Below are positions 1-8,289 of a stretch of 37,550 bases of DNA, piece by piece. The stretch's first letter is position 1. Each line of letters opens with the position of its first letter. The DNA is taken from positions 1 through 37,550 of IMG/VR virus record IMGVR_UViG_3300036796_000278; one strand, 5' to 3'. The stretch is from a virus. Lineage: Duplodnaviria; Caudoviricetes. The translations under genes and the position numbers were made by a program. A model generated the notes under the pieces. That model made no database searches, was not told the origin of the DNA, and saw nothing but the letters and a program-made list of their open reading frames with translations.

Positions 1-240
1 ATGTTCGTTGAACTCGTCTATGACAAACGCAATGTAGAGGGCTTGCCCGGAGCGAAAGAAATCATCCTGGCTGAGCTGACGAGGCGTGTCCATCGTGTCT
101 TTCCAGCAGCTGACGTGCGCGTTAAACCGATGGAATCCAGCTCTGTTAACAGTGACTGCACCAAAAATGAGAAAGAGAAACTGAGTCGCCTGGTCGAAGA
201 GATGTTCGAAGAGGCCGAGTTCTGGCTCGTCAGTGAGTAG
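1..240 (+). CDS. dinI: DinI-family protein (prophage DinI/Tum-like)
   Basis: 79 aa; MFVELVYDKRN...LAELTRRV...VRVKPM and acidic C-terminal EEMFEEAEFW match the recalled prophage DinI-like pattern. Confidence 0.8.
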   Translation: MFVELVYDKRNVEGLPGAKEIILAELTRRVHRVFPAADVRVKPMESSSVNSDCTKNEKEKLSRLVEEMFEEAEFWLVSE

Positions 241-245
241 CCGAC

Positions 246-479
246 ATGGACAACATGATCATATCCGGCGTGAGGATTTACTTCCCTCGCCCCGGAGAAA
301 AGCTTCCGGTACCGTCTGCAGATATGCGTACCTTTGCGATTAAAGGTACCACTGGCGATCGTTGCTGCGTTCTTGGGTTCTGGGATGGTAAATGGCGGGT
401 TCTGTCTCTACCTGAGTACGAGAGTTCAGGAAAGGCGATTATGGCGGTGGTAAGGCGGGGTAAGCAGATATGGGCTTAG
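246..479 (+). CDS. hypothetical protein
   Basis: 77-aa ORF starting 5 nt after the dinI-like stop, same strand. Confidence 0.6.
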   Translation: MDNMIISGVRIYFPRPGEKLPVPSADMRTFAIKGTTGDRCCVLGFWDGKWRVLSLPEYESSGKAIMAVVRRGKQIWA

Positions 480-727
480 ATGGACTATCGCTATGCACCT
501 GTGCTGATGCTGGTAGAATGCGGTCGCTGGTGATTTGGGCATGAACATCCATCATCGGCGGCGCGGCTGCTGTTTTTAGCGGTTGTCGCGCCTTCCCTAC
601 CCCTGATAAAACTCCAGGTTATTTCTAATTGTAATTGGCTGTAGTATTTCATAATAGCTATCTGTGTTTCCTCAGTTGATTTTAATTGGGGATACAAATG
701 AACAATAGATGATTTGGAGAATAAGCA

Positions 728-1492
728 TTGATAAGAGCAGGAAGGCTCCTTCCCGGTGGGGTTGTGATCGAGGAGGGACAACATCGTCCGTTGAAAGGTT
801 TCGCTCTTCTTCCAACAGTTAATGGTGATACCGAAGAGTTGGTTGTTTATGCAAAGCAAATGCCCCTCAGAGATTTATCTACAGAGGTCACATGCGCTGC
901 ATTAGGCAGATGTCTATCCCTTCCAATTCCAGAACCGGTAATACTTTTTGATCAATCTGGCACGCCCTACTTCGGTAGCGTTGATATTTCGTATCCAAGT
1001 TTTACACAATATATTAACGGTACATCTGACAAGAGCGTTTGTGAAAAGTTAGCGGCCTGGCCATTACTACAAGAGGCTGCATATTTCGATGAGTGGATCG
1101 CCATGGATGACAGACACAACGGAAACTTACTTTACAATGGCGATGATTTTTACCTTATCGATCACGAATCAGCAATACCTCAAGGACTTGCAGCTGAACA
1201 ATATGGGATAGACTATTACTCTAACCAATTGTTACAGATTGCCAATGGTTTGCTCGACAGAACTAACGATATTGCTGTACAGAAGTCTGCTAACGATGCT
1301 CGCGCATGGTCTGTAGCCAAAAGAGAAAATTCCATCGCTAAGCTGCAAACAGATCTGTCAGAAAGCATCCAAGAAAAGACGAAAAATCAGTTGATTTCAT
1401 TCTTATCCGCTAGAATCGAGATACTGGGTGATATACTTTATGAACAAATCAAACCACAACAAACACAGATGAACTACAATGCTCAACCTTGA
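728..1492 (+). CDS. HipA-like (PI3/4-kinase fold) Ser/Thr kinase
   Basis: YAK Lys, STEV Glu, catalytic loop FDEWIAMDDRHNGNLL and LIDH Mg-binding motif; TTG start with GGAGA at 716-720; AT-rich. Confidence 0.8.
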   Translation: MIRAGRLLPGGVVIEEGQHRPLKGFALLPTVNGDTEELVVYAKQMPLRDLSTEVTCAALGRCLSLPIPEPVILFDQSGTPYFGSVDISYPSFTQYINGTSDKSVCEKLAAWPLLQEAAYFDEWIAMDDRHNGNLLYNGDDFYLIDHESAIPQGLAAEQYGIDYYSNQLLQIANGLLDRTNDIAVQKSANDARAWSVAKRENSIAKLQTDLSESIQEKTKNQLISFLSARIEILGDILYEQIKPQQTQMNYNAQP

Positions 1493-2357
1493 TCATCTTT
1501 CTCAAACATTACCACCACTGCCCTCGCTAAGCGGCAAGTGGGTATCAGTTTATCTTGAACCAATGCTTGGTTCAGGAGAAAGGCTCACGATCATAGTTGC
1601 TGCAGTAGCTTCTAATGGAGATATTTTAGTTAAACCAGCCATTAGAAAGGAGGTTGTCGAGGCAATGTATGGCTTCAGAGCATCTTCATTCAATAACATG
1701 GTTGAATTGATCACAAACAGTTTGAAGAGCCATCTTGAGCTGATAGGAGAGTTCCCCGGATGGCATCCTCCTATATCTGGCATATCTGTAGGCATGCCTA
1801 GGGATGCTGCATCTTCAACTACTACAGGGATTTTAAGGCAAGCTGTTTCTCTATCCTCAAGCCTGTCTTCATTACTGGACACAAACCTTGACGAAGAAGG
1901 AAAGGTTAAAAAAACCAGAGAGAAAGATCGTTGGTCTACCCAACTTATCGATGCAGTTTTGCGAGAGGATGCTAGGCGAGAGTGCTTCTTTAATAGGCAG
2001 TTCAGTTTTTCAGATGGTCACCGCCCAGCTAAAATTTTTTATCTCAGTGACAATGCGGCTATTAATACAGGAAAGTTGTTGCCTTCTAATTTAAATGAGT
2101 TTGTTAAAGATGGTAAAGCAAAAATATCTGATCTTTCAATGATTAAAAAACACGATAATCTTTTCCGTCATAATAATCATCAAATGATAGTGTTTCGCCC
2201 CACTGATGATGATCCGGCCTACTCTGATAAAAATATCATGTCAATACAAAGCGCTTATTTAGCTCTTGAAGATTTAGCTAATACCTATGACGTGGCAATT
2301 ACTCCTGTACACTCAGTAGAACATGCTGCAAGGATCATTTTGAAGACTGCTGCATAG
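1479..2357 (+). CDS. kinase partner protein, N-terminus possibly DUF3037-like
   Basis: 292 aa overlapping the kinase stop; N-terminal VYLEPMLGSGERLTIIVAA resembles the P-x4-E-x-hydrophobic motif recalled for DUF3037 (inference). Confidence 0.6.
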   Translation: MLNLDHLSQTLPPLPSLSGKWVSVYLEPMLGSGERLTIIVAAVASNGDILVKPAIRKEVVEAMYGFRASSFNNMVELITNSLKSHLELIGEFPGWHPPISGISVGMPRDAASSTTTGILRQAVSLSSSLSSLLDTNLDEEGKVKKTREKDRWSTQLIDAVLREDARRECFFNRQFSFSDGHRPAKIFYLSDNAAINTGKLLPSNLNEFVKDGKAKISDLSMIKKHDNLFRHNNHQMIVFRPTDDDPAYSDKNIMSIQSAYLALEDLANTYDVAITPVHSVEHAARIILKTAA

Positions 2358-2362
2358 TTATC

Positions 2363-2387
2363 AACCCGGCCACCGAGCCGGGTTTTT
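2363..2387 (+). terminator. intrinsic terminator between convergent operons
   Basis: AACCCGGC-CACCGA-GCCGGGTT followed by TTT. Confidence 0.7.
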
Positions 2388-2524
2388 GTTGCCCTTCCCT
2401 AGCGCCATCGACACGATAGACACCCTGCCTATCAAGCAACAAGATCGACACACCAAGCCCTCTAGCCACCACAGAATGCCGATAGCCGACAACCAGTCCA
2501 GCACAGCGCTGCTGCTGGCGAACT

Positions 2525-2767
2525 CTATTGATCCGTAGCCTTATACCAAGACTGCCAGCGATAGATGTTAGTACGCAGCTCCCGCGCGCATTCTGCCGTT
2601 TGGGTATCCGCTTGGAGGTCTTCGTCACTATCCCGGCCTGCGTTACTGATCTTGCACGGCGGGTTCATCAAATCCGGGGATATTGTTGGCCGCGTCGATT
2701 GCACGCTGCCGCAGCTGCACAGCGCCATCGTCAAAACGGCACACAGTACGGTTCGGGTCATTAACAT
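2525..2767 (-). CDS. o-spanin (Rz1-like lipoprotein), lysis cassette 2
   Basis: Signal MTRTVLCAVLTMALCSC with lipobox-like Cys; overlaps the 3' end of the Rz-like gene. Confidence 0.7.
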   Translation of the reverse strand: MLMTRTVLCAVLTMALCSCGSVQSTRPTISPDLMNPPCKISNAGRDSDEDLQADTQTAECARELRTNIYRWQSWYKATDQ

Positions 2768-3002
2768 ATCTCACCACGTCACGATAAACGGTTCGGTAAA
2801 TTACTTTGGCTTCGGTGCTGGCCGCTGCTGCTTTCTGCTCGCCTGTAGCGACAGCTTTTTCTGCCTTCTTCTGCTTGGCTTTCGCCTGGCTGTTCACGTG
2901 CTCGCTGTGCGCATACCAGCCTTTGAGGTAGCCTGAGTAAAATGCGCCAGCAAATAGCGCCAGCAGAACGCCGATAACCAGCAGTTTAAATTTCGCTGTC
3001 AC
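2643..3002 (-). CDS. i-spanin (Rz-like), lysis cassette 2
   Basis: N-terminal TM then Ala/Lys/Gln coiled coil; likely GTG start at 3002 overlapping the endolysin stop (ORF track extends to 3020). Confidence 0.75.
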   Translation of the reverse strand: MTAKFKLLVIGVLLALFAGAFYSGYLKGWYAHSEHVNSQAKAKQKKAEKAVATGEQKAAAASTEAKVIYRTVYRDVVRYVNDPNRTVCRFDDGAVQLRQRAIDAANNIPGFDEPAVQDQ

Positions 3003-3538
3003 TCGTAGATCCCCCAGCACGCCAGCGCGGATTCCTGATCTCGCCGTTCCACCTGACCAAAGCAGCCGCTGGCCTGCCCTTTGGTCTGCCGACAGTCGCG
3101 ACCACCGTCAAAAACCCAGCGTCGGATTTCAGCGCAAGCGCCTTTGCGGTCACCAGCGTTAAGCTTGCGATAGAACGTGGAAGAGAAGCATTTGCCGGGC
3201 CCAATGTTATACGGGCAGAACGACGCTATGCCGACCTTCTGCGGCTCGCTCAGCGGCACATGCACATTGCGCTCCACCCAGACCAGCGCCTTATCACGTT
3301 CGATAGCGTTTACCTGCTCACATTTGGCTGCTGTCAGTTTCAGACCCTGCACCACCGACTTACCGTCCACCGTTGTGGCACCACGGCAAATAGTCCATAT
3401 ACCTGAGCCGTCACTGTACGCGGTCAGGTGGTTGCCTTCTTTCTCGTCCAGGAACTGATCCATAATCACCGGCGCTGTGGCCCCGGCCAGAATGAGGCTG
3501 ATTAGCGCGGGACTAAGTTTCTTTACCAGGCCTTTCAC
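2999..3538 (-). CDS. SAR endolysin, GH24 lysozyme, lysis cassette 2
   Basis: Hydrophobic N-terminal SAR segment; E-x8-D-x5-T triad (EGNHLTAYSDGSGIWT); YNIG motif. Confidence 0.92.
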   Translation of the reverse strand: MKGLVKKLSPALISLILAGATAPVIMDQFLDEKEGNHLTAYSDGSGIWTICRGATTVDGKSVVQGLKLTAAKCEQVNAIERDKALVWVERNVHVPLSEPQKVGIASFCPYNIGPGKCFSSTFYRKLNAGDRKGACAEIRRWVFDGGRDCRQTKGQASGCFGQVERRDQESALACWGIYE

Positions 3539-3864
3539 GGCTGCACCTCCGTTTCAGCCATAACGCGCTGAACTTTGGCAACAACCTCGTCGGTCTGGTC
3601 GAGATTATGAGAGTCCGATTTGCTCAGAAATTCGATTACTGCACGGGTGCGCTGGCGGTCGAGCGCCAGACGCTCAGCACTGGCGTGGCGATCAGCTTTG
3701 ATTTTCGACCGGCGATCAAGCCAGCCAAGAAGAGAAAGAAGGAAGCCGAGAACAGCCAGGACAAGATAGGTTAAATCTAGAGTAGTGATGCCGAGATAAG
3801 CTGCAACGGTTGTCAGCCCGTTGCCTACCCAGGCAAGCCAGTTGTTTTGCGGGTTCATCCTCAT
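3535..3864 (-). CDS. holin with dual-start motif (M-R-M), lysis cassette 2
   Basis: 109 aa, hydrophobic segments plus charged tail, overlaps the endolysin start. Confidence 0.75.
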   Translation of the reverse strand: MRMNPQNNWLAWVGNGLTTVAAYLGITTLDLTYLVLAVLGFLLSLLGWLDRRSKIKADRHASAERLALDRQRTRAVIEFLSKSDSHNLDQTDEVVAKVQRVMAETEVQP

Positions 3865-3900
3865 ACCTTACCCCCGGAGGGAACGCGATTAAGTGCTGCG

Positions 3901-3934
3901 AGGGTAAGGGGAGAAAGCGGTCGGAATCCCGACC
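3901..3934 (-). promoter_or_regulatory. late promoter candidate: 16-bp dyad + 12 nt + TACCCT, upstream of lysis cassette 2
   Basis: + strand ggtcggaatcccgacc at 3919-3934; hexamer at 3901-3906. Confidence 0.7.
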
Positions 3935-3944
3935 AAACATTAAG

Positions 3945-6257
3945 CTATTTGATTCTGTACTCGCCGTAGAAGCTTACTGTACTGGCAATAGATGCAAAGC
4001 CAGGCACGTTCAGAATGCCGTCAGGGCCGATATTAGCTTCAACCGGAATAAGAACAGATGAGCCGTTCGTGCCCCAGGCAGATATTGGGACTACGGAAGC
4101 CGGAAAAGCATGGGAAAGCATCTGTACCGCGTTAGCTTGCCCTGCGGCACCCTTCGCTAGTTGGCCGGAGATGCGCACCATTCCACCTATTATTTCAGCC
4201 TTAAATGACAAGCTATCTGTCCATGTGCCGAGTAGTGCGGAGATAGCAGAAGGTGTTCCAGAAATAAGCCCAGAGCCGTTAGCGCGCCCTGAAATCAGTG
4301 ACTGGTTAACGCCAATGCCGCTGAATGTAGTGGCGGCGCTTGACCCAGGACCAGCGTAACCGTGGAAGTCAAAGCCCCAGCCAACGTTACTTTCTGCATA
4401 TAGCGCCCCATGTGTGACCCCCCCCGCAAGGTTGTAGCCCTGTAAGTTATTACATGATTGCCCCGAGCCGATATGTATACTATTGTTGTTTATTGCTGGA
4501 TTAGTTGAAGACGGGCCACTAACTCGAACCCCAATCATATTTCTGCAATTTCGTACATTGTGTGATTTTATGTTCAATCCAACAGTGTAAAGCCATATAT
4601 CTATAACCGTAGTTAAGTTTGTACCATCATCGCAGTTAGCCGCGTCAATATGCCCTACTGATATTTGCGAGCAGAATGCAGTGGTAGTAGTCGCAGTAAT
4701 GAAAGCGTACCGAGCATTACGTGCTGTTATATCTCCAATAGATACGCCAGAAAGAGTGGCTCCAGCGGCTTCATAAACAACACCGCCTGTTGTAGCAATC
4801 GGGGCGCTTACTGGGTCTCCGCCATCACAAATAACGTTGCCAAAACGTATATTTGTTACCGGACCAGTTCCGGTATCAGCTTTAAGAATTGCAGAGTCAG
4901 CATGTGTACCCTGACAATAAGTAGTATAACTACTTCCAGTAAAATCACTTACTTTAACCACATGCCCGTGGTATCCCATGAAAATTGACACATCGCCAAT
5001 CTGACGAACACCGGACCCCCATTCGCTACGAATGCCATGCTGTAGGCCGACCGTACCGCCATGAGTATCCGCTTGCATTATTACCAGGTCACCGTATTGA
5101 ATATTCGCATTAGATGGGAAGTTTTCATTACAATAAGCATCTGCATAGGTGCCGCCCAGCAAAGTGGTTCTCACCGTATCGCTATTATCAATACCTAAAT
5201 TGGATAGGGTAAATCCTGCGGCGTTATTTACAATGTACCCGCGAATAATTGACCCTGAACCTGCAACTAACGTTTTGCTGGTCATGTCTGCTTTAGGCAT
5301 TCTTGTGCCAATGATCGCTACATTAGGCTTGGTATTGGTATAGCCACCAAGGTCGTAGGATGAACTTTCACCCAGTAATACCCTCTTATTTCCACTGGCT
5401 GGAATTGAATTAAGCGCGGCTCTCAAATTTCCATTAAATGGGGGGCGGTCAACAACAATAGTGTTTGCTGGCCAGCCGTAATTTTCAGGCAAGCCGCCTA
5501 TGAGCTTATACCCATCGGGTGTTGCAAGATCCCCACGAAGCGACGCATCACCGACAGATACCCATTTCCCTTCTCCGATCCCGCCGGCGCTTTCTGGGGT
5601 AGAACCAGCGGGAACAACTTTGGGAAGCGTCCCGTCCCATCTGAACCACTCCCCAGAGCTTTCCTGGAGAAGAATGTCGTTAGGATAGCTGAGGGTATTA
5701 CCCAGCTCAAAAGACCTCTTCGTGTTATAGCCATACAAACCGTTTTTAATAGTGTCTAGTGCCGTATTTATAGTTTGCAGTAAATACGCATAAATATCAT
5801 CTACGTATTCTTTATTCGCTGCGTCAAGGTCGCTTACAGGCCCGGTGAGATTTGCAATGCGATACCCATCAGCATTAAATGGCCCTCCCAAAAGTGGACG
5901 GCGCAATGCAAGACCGAGATAAATAGAAGACCGCTGTATTGCCATCCACAGGCGATCAAAGTCTTTGTTGATGGTATCAGCTAGCAGATCACCGTTATCC
6001 TGATAATCGGTGAGACGGTATGTAGGTACTACTCGCTCAAGCATAACAGCATCGCCGTTGGCAGGCGGCGTCAGAAAGGCCACTGAACCCCCGCTAACGT
6101 TACCTGAGCCGGAAACGCTATATCCACTGGTGGCTACGGTACCGTTAATGCTGACCTGAATATCACCAGCAGCGATAATATAAAACTCGAAGGGAAAAAC
6201 GGTTGTCATACCGTTGGCGTTGTAAATAACGTAAGGGGTCTGGTTCGGTACCGACAT
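3945..6257 (-). CDS. tailspike / tail fibre, probable polysaccharide depolymerase
   Basis: T7 gp17-like N-terminal adaptor (NANGMTTVFPFEF), FRWDGTLPKVVPAGSTP...WVSVGDASLR tailspike N-domain, then Gly/Asn/Thr-rich beta-helix-like body. Confidence 0.85.
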   Translation of the reverse strand: MSVPNQTPYVIYNANGMTTVFPFEFYIIAAGDIQVSINGTVATSGYSVSGSGNVSGGSVAFLTPPANGDAVMLERVVPTYRLTDYQDNGDLLADTINKDFDRLWMAIQRSSIYLGLALRRPLLGGPFNADGYRIANLTGPVSDLDAANKEYVDDIYAYLLQTINTALDTIKNGLYGYNTKRSFELGNTLSYPNDILLQESSGEWFRWDGTLPKVVPAGSTPESAGGIGEGKWVSVGDASLRGDLATPDGYKLIGGLPENYGWPANTIVVDRPPFNGNLRAALNSIPASGNKRVLLGESSSYDLGGYTNTKPNVAIIGTRMPKADMTSKTLVAGSGSIIRGYIVNNAAGFTLSNLGIDNSDTVRTTLLGGTYADAYCNENFPSNANIQYGDLVIMQADTHGGTVGLQHGIRSEWGSGVRQIGDVSIFMGYHGHVVKVSDFTGSSYTTYCQGTHADSAILKADTGTGPVTNIRFGNVICDGGDPVSAPIATTGGVVYEAAGATLSGVSIGDITARNARYAFITATTTTAFCSQISVGHIDAANCDDGTNLTTVIDIWLYTVGLNIKSHNVRNCRNMIGVRVSGPSSTNPAINNNSIHIGSGQSCNNLQGYNLAGGVTHGALYAESNVGWGFDFHGYAGPGSSAATTFSGIGVNQSLISGRANGSGLISGTPSAISALLGTWTDSLSFKAEIIGGMVRISGQLAKGAAGQANAVQMLSHAFPASVVPISAWGTNGSSVLIPVEANIGPDGILNVPGFASIASTVSFYGEYRIK

Positions 6258-6275
6258 AACGAAACCTCTGGCAGG

Positions 6276-7886
6276 TTAATAATCGACTTCAACCTGATGG
6301 TCTCCGTCACTTAGTTGCCAATGTTCTCTCGTCTGACAGGTCGGAATCCCGACTACTTTCCCAATACGTACTGGTGTTGAGCTGATAGCCCCCGCCCCCG
6401 AGTCGATAAAGTCATCTGGCTGGTTTGTCAGTTCCGGGTTGAAGTCACGCAACTGGTCATACATAGGCCCGTCCAGTACGTCGCTATGCGCCCACAAGAA
6501 CCTGGAGGATAGAGGCGCTTCGAACGCGTCCAGAATGCGCTTTTGCTTATTGGTGACGCTGAACTCTTCCCGGACGCCGCAGCCAGTACCCTTGAGTGCC
6601 TGGCGCAGCAGCTTACCCGCGAAGCTGCCGGGGCCGTTCACTTCGACGCAGACAACCGGGATCTGGAATTTAACCACCAGCTCTTTAATCTGCATCACCT
6701 GGCCACCGGTGATTTTGTCGTTATCGTCAAACTCTGCCAGCTCGCCAGTCAGCTCCCGGCACACATGCCAGTAAAGGTGACCTCGCGCGTCGGTCAGCAT
6801 CAGCGACAGCGCCGAGGCGTCAGCCTTAACTTTGCCGGTGGCAACATCCCACCAGGCGACAGCGCCCACGATTTGGGTGCTGCCGAGCCACATTGATGCG
6901 GTGCGGTTGGCGTAGCGTATTTCAGGGTGCACGTTGTATTCGCGGATGCGATCGGGGTCGAGTCGTACATCACCCACAGGTTTACTGTGCAACTGGTACT
7001 GACTGTCCCACTCGTTAACCGTGCGCGTTTCCTTGCGGCGGTTCTCCATCTCTTCACGGGTGAATCGCTCTGGCCACTCGCAATCAGCGTACAAATCAAT
7101 AACGGTATCTGGCGCGGTGGCAAATTCAACGCCGGTTGTCGTCAGTTTGTAGTCGACACCTTCCACCAGCAGACGTGCACTTTTGTGGATCCCGGCGAAG
7201 ACATATTCAGGACGAAACGGTACAGGGTAATGCAGCTGTGTAGCCTCCTTGGCTTCTATGCGCTTTTCTTGACCAAAAAGCTTAATCGTCAAACAGTCTG
7301 CGCCCATAGATTCAATCTCATCATAAAGGCTGTCGTGGGTGTGCGGCGTACCGATGTACAGCTTACGACCACCGGGGATCAGGATGTGAGTTTGCTCGCC
7401 CAGGCGATACCGGAGTTTTTCACGCGCCTCCGGGGTCTGGATGTTGCGGGGGACTTCTACATCATCGTTCTGGCACTCGTTCGCACGGGCCGAGGTTACG
7501 TTAGATAAAATGCCTTTGGCGTACATGCTGCCGTTACGCATATCCAGCGCACCATTCACCCACCATTGCTCGACTGTCCCCTGCCCGTCAGGCAGCATGC
7601 CTTTTGTCAGCGGATGGTTTCGTAAAACGTTCTGCGTGTCTCGACTGGTTTTATATGCAGTGCCGTCAGCTTCTGACTGATGCAAAATGCGGTATTGGCG
7701 GTCGCAGTAATACCGCCATGCGTTGTACACAGCCAGAATGGTAGATTTGCCGAAGCCACGAAAACAGCGAAGCACCGCGAGGTTGCCGCGATGCTCCAGC
7801 CAATGGCAGGCTTTATAGTGGCAATCCGGAACGTCCCAGTTCATTCGTTCCGCCCACATCAAAAAGAAGGCGAGGAACGAAATCAT
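6276..7886 (-). CDS. terL: terminase large subunit
   Basis: Walker A CFRGFGKST, DDVE, IGTP motif III, nuclease WWDVATG and C-terminal PDDFID. Confidence 0.9.
   Translation of the reverse strand: MISFLAFFLMWAERMNWDVPDCHYKACHWLEHRGNLAVLRCFRGFGKSTILAVYNAWRYYCDRQYRILHQSEADGTAYKTSRDTQNVLRNHPLTKGMLPDGQGTVEQWWVNGALDMRNGSMYAKGILSNVTSARANECQNDDVEVPRNIQTPEAREKLRYRLGEQTHILIPGGRKLYIGTPHTHDSLYDEIESMGADCLTIKLFGQEKRIEAKEATQLHYPVPFRPEYVFAGIHKSARLLVEGVDYKLTTTGVEFATAPDTVIDLYADCEWPERFTREEMENRRKETRTVNEWDSQYQLHSKPVGDVRLDPDRIREYNVHPEIRYANRTASMWLGSTQIVGAVAWWDVATGKVKADASALSLMLTDARGHLYWHVCRELTGELAEFDDNDKITGGQVMQIKELVVKFQIPVVCVEVNGPGSFAGKLLRQALKGTGCGVREEFSVTNKQKRILDAFEAPLSSRFLWAHSDVLDGPMYDQLRDFNPELTNQPDDFIDSGAGAISSTPVRIGKVVGIPTCQTREHWQLSDGDHQVEVDY
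6321..6354 (-). promoter_or_regulatory. late promoter candidate inside terL 3' end, upstream of tailspike
   Basis: + strand ggtcggaatcccgact at 6339-6354; GAACAT hexamer at 6321-6326, 12-nt spacer. Confidence 0.6.
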
Positions 7887-8224
7887 TTTTGCCCTTTCTG
7901 TATGCGCTCAATGATAGCGGCAGCTGCTTTCTCAGCCTTGCTAACCTGCTTGCCCAGCTCAAAGGCTTCATCGTCCTGGTCAGGGTTATCCTTAGGCGTA
8001 CCGCCACGCGTCTGCATGCCGATAAGAGAATGAACCTTAATCAGCAGCGTGAGGGATGCCGCAGCGTTTTTCTTGTCCCAGTAGCGGTCGCCGCGCTCCT
8101 GTTTGGTTAGCTCGTCAACGCGCTTGTTACCTCCAGCCCAGTTCTCTGGGTCGGCCTCTTCGAGCACGGCATCAGTGAGTTTATCGGTCAGTGCGGTAAG
8201 GCGGGTTTTGTAGTCTGCGTGCAT
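7883..8224 (-). CDS. probable terminase small subunit
   Basis: 113-aa helical protein with ATGA overlap onto terL; call is by position. Confidence 0.6.
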   Translation of the reverse strand: MHADYKTRLTALTDKLTDAVLEEADPENWAGGNKRVDELTKQERGDRYWDKKNAAASLTLLIKVHSLIGMQTRGGTPKDNPDQDDEAFELGKQVSKAEKAAAAIIERIQKGQK

Positions 8225-8253
8225 AAAAAAAGCCCTGTAGTGGTTACAGGGCT
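8225..8253 (-). terminator. intrinsic terminator directly upstream of the terS/terL pair
   Basis: AGCCCTGTA-ACCAC-TACAGGGCT followed by a T-tract running into the ATG. Confidence 0.75.
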
Positions 8254-8287
8254 ATGATGGCGCGGGTTGTAGGTCGGAATCCTGACC
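8254..8287 (-). promoter_or_regulatory. late promoter candidate upstream of terminase genes
   Basis: + strand ggtcggaatcctgacc at 8272-8287; CATCAT hexamer at 8254-8259, 12-nt spacer. Confidence 0.7.
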
Positions 8288-8289
8288 GA

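Noticed and set aside
491-859. 122-aa minus-strand ORF
   Set aside because: Overlaps the kinase start and upstream region antisense; no features of a real protein
2335-2628. 97-aa minus-strand ORF
   Set aside because: Overlaps Rz1 and runs through the terminator into the convergent gene
3945-6257. Diversity-generating retroelement, given the BPP-1-like virion genes
   Set aside because: No reverse transcriptase and no template/variable repeat pair seen
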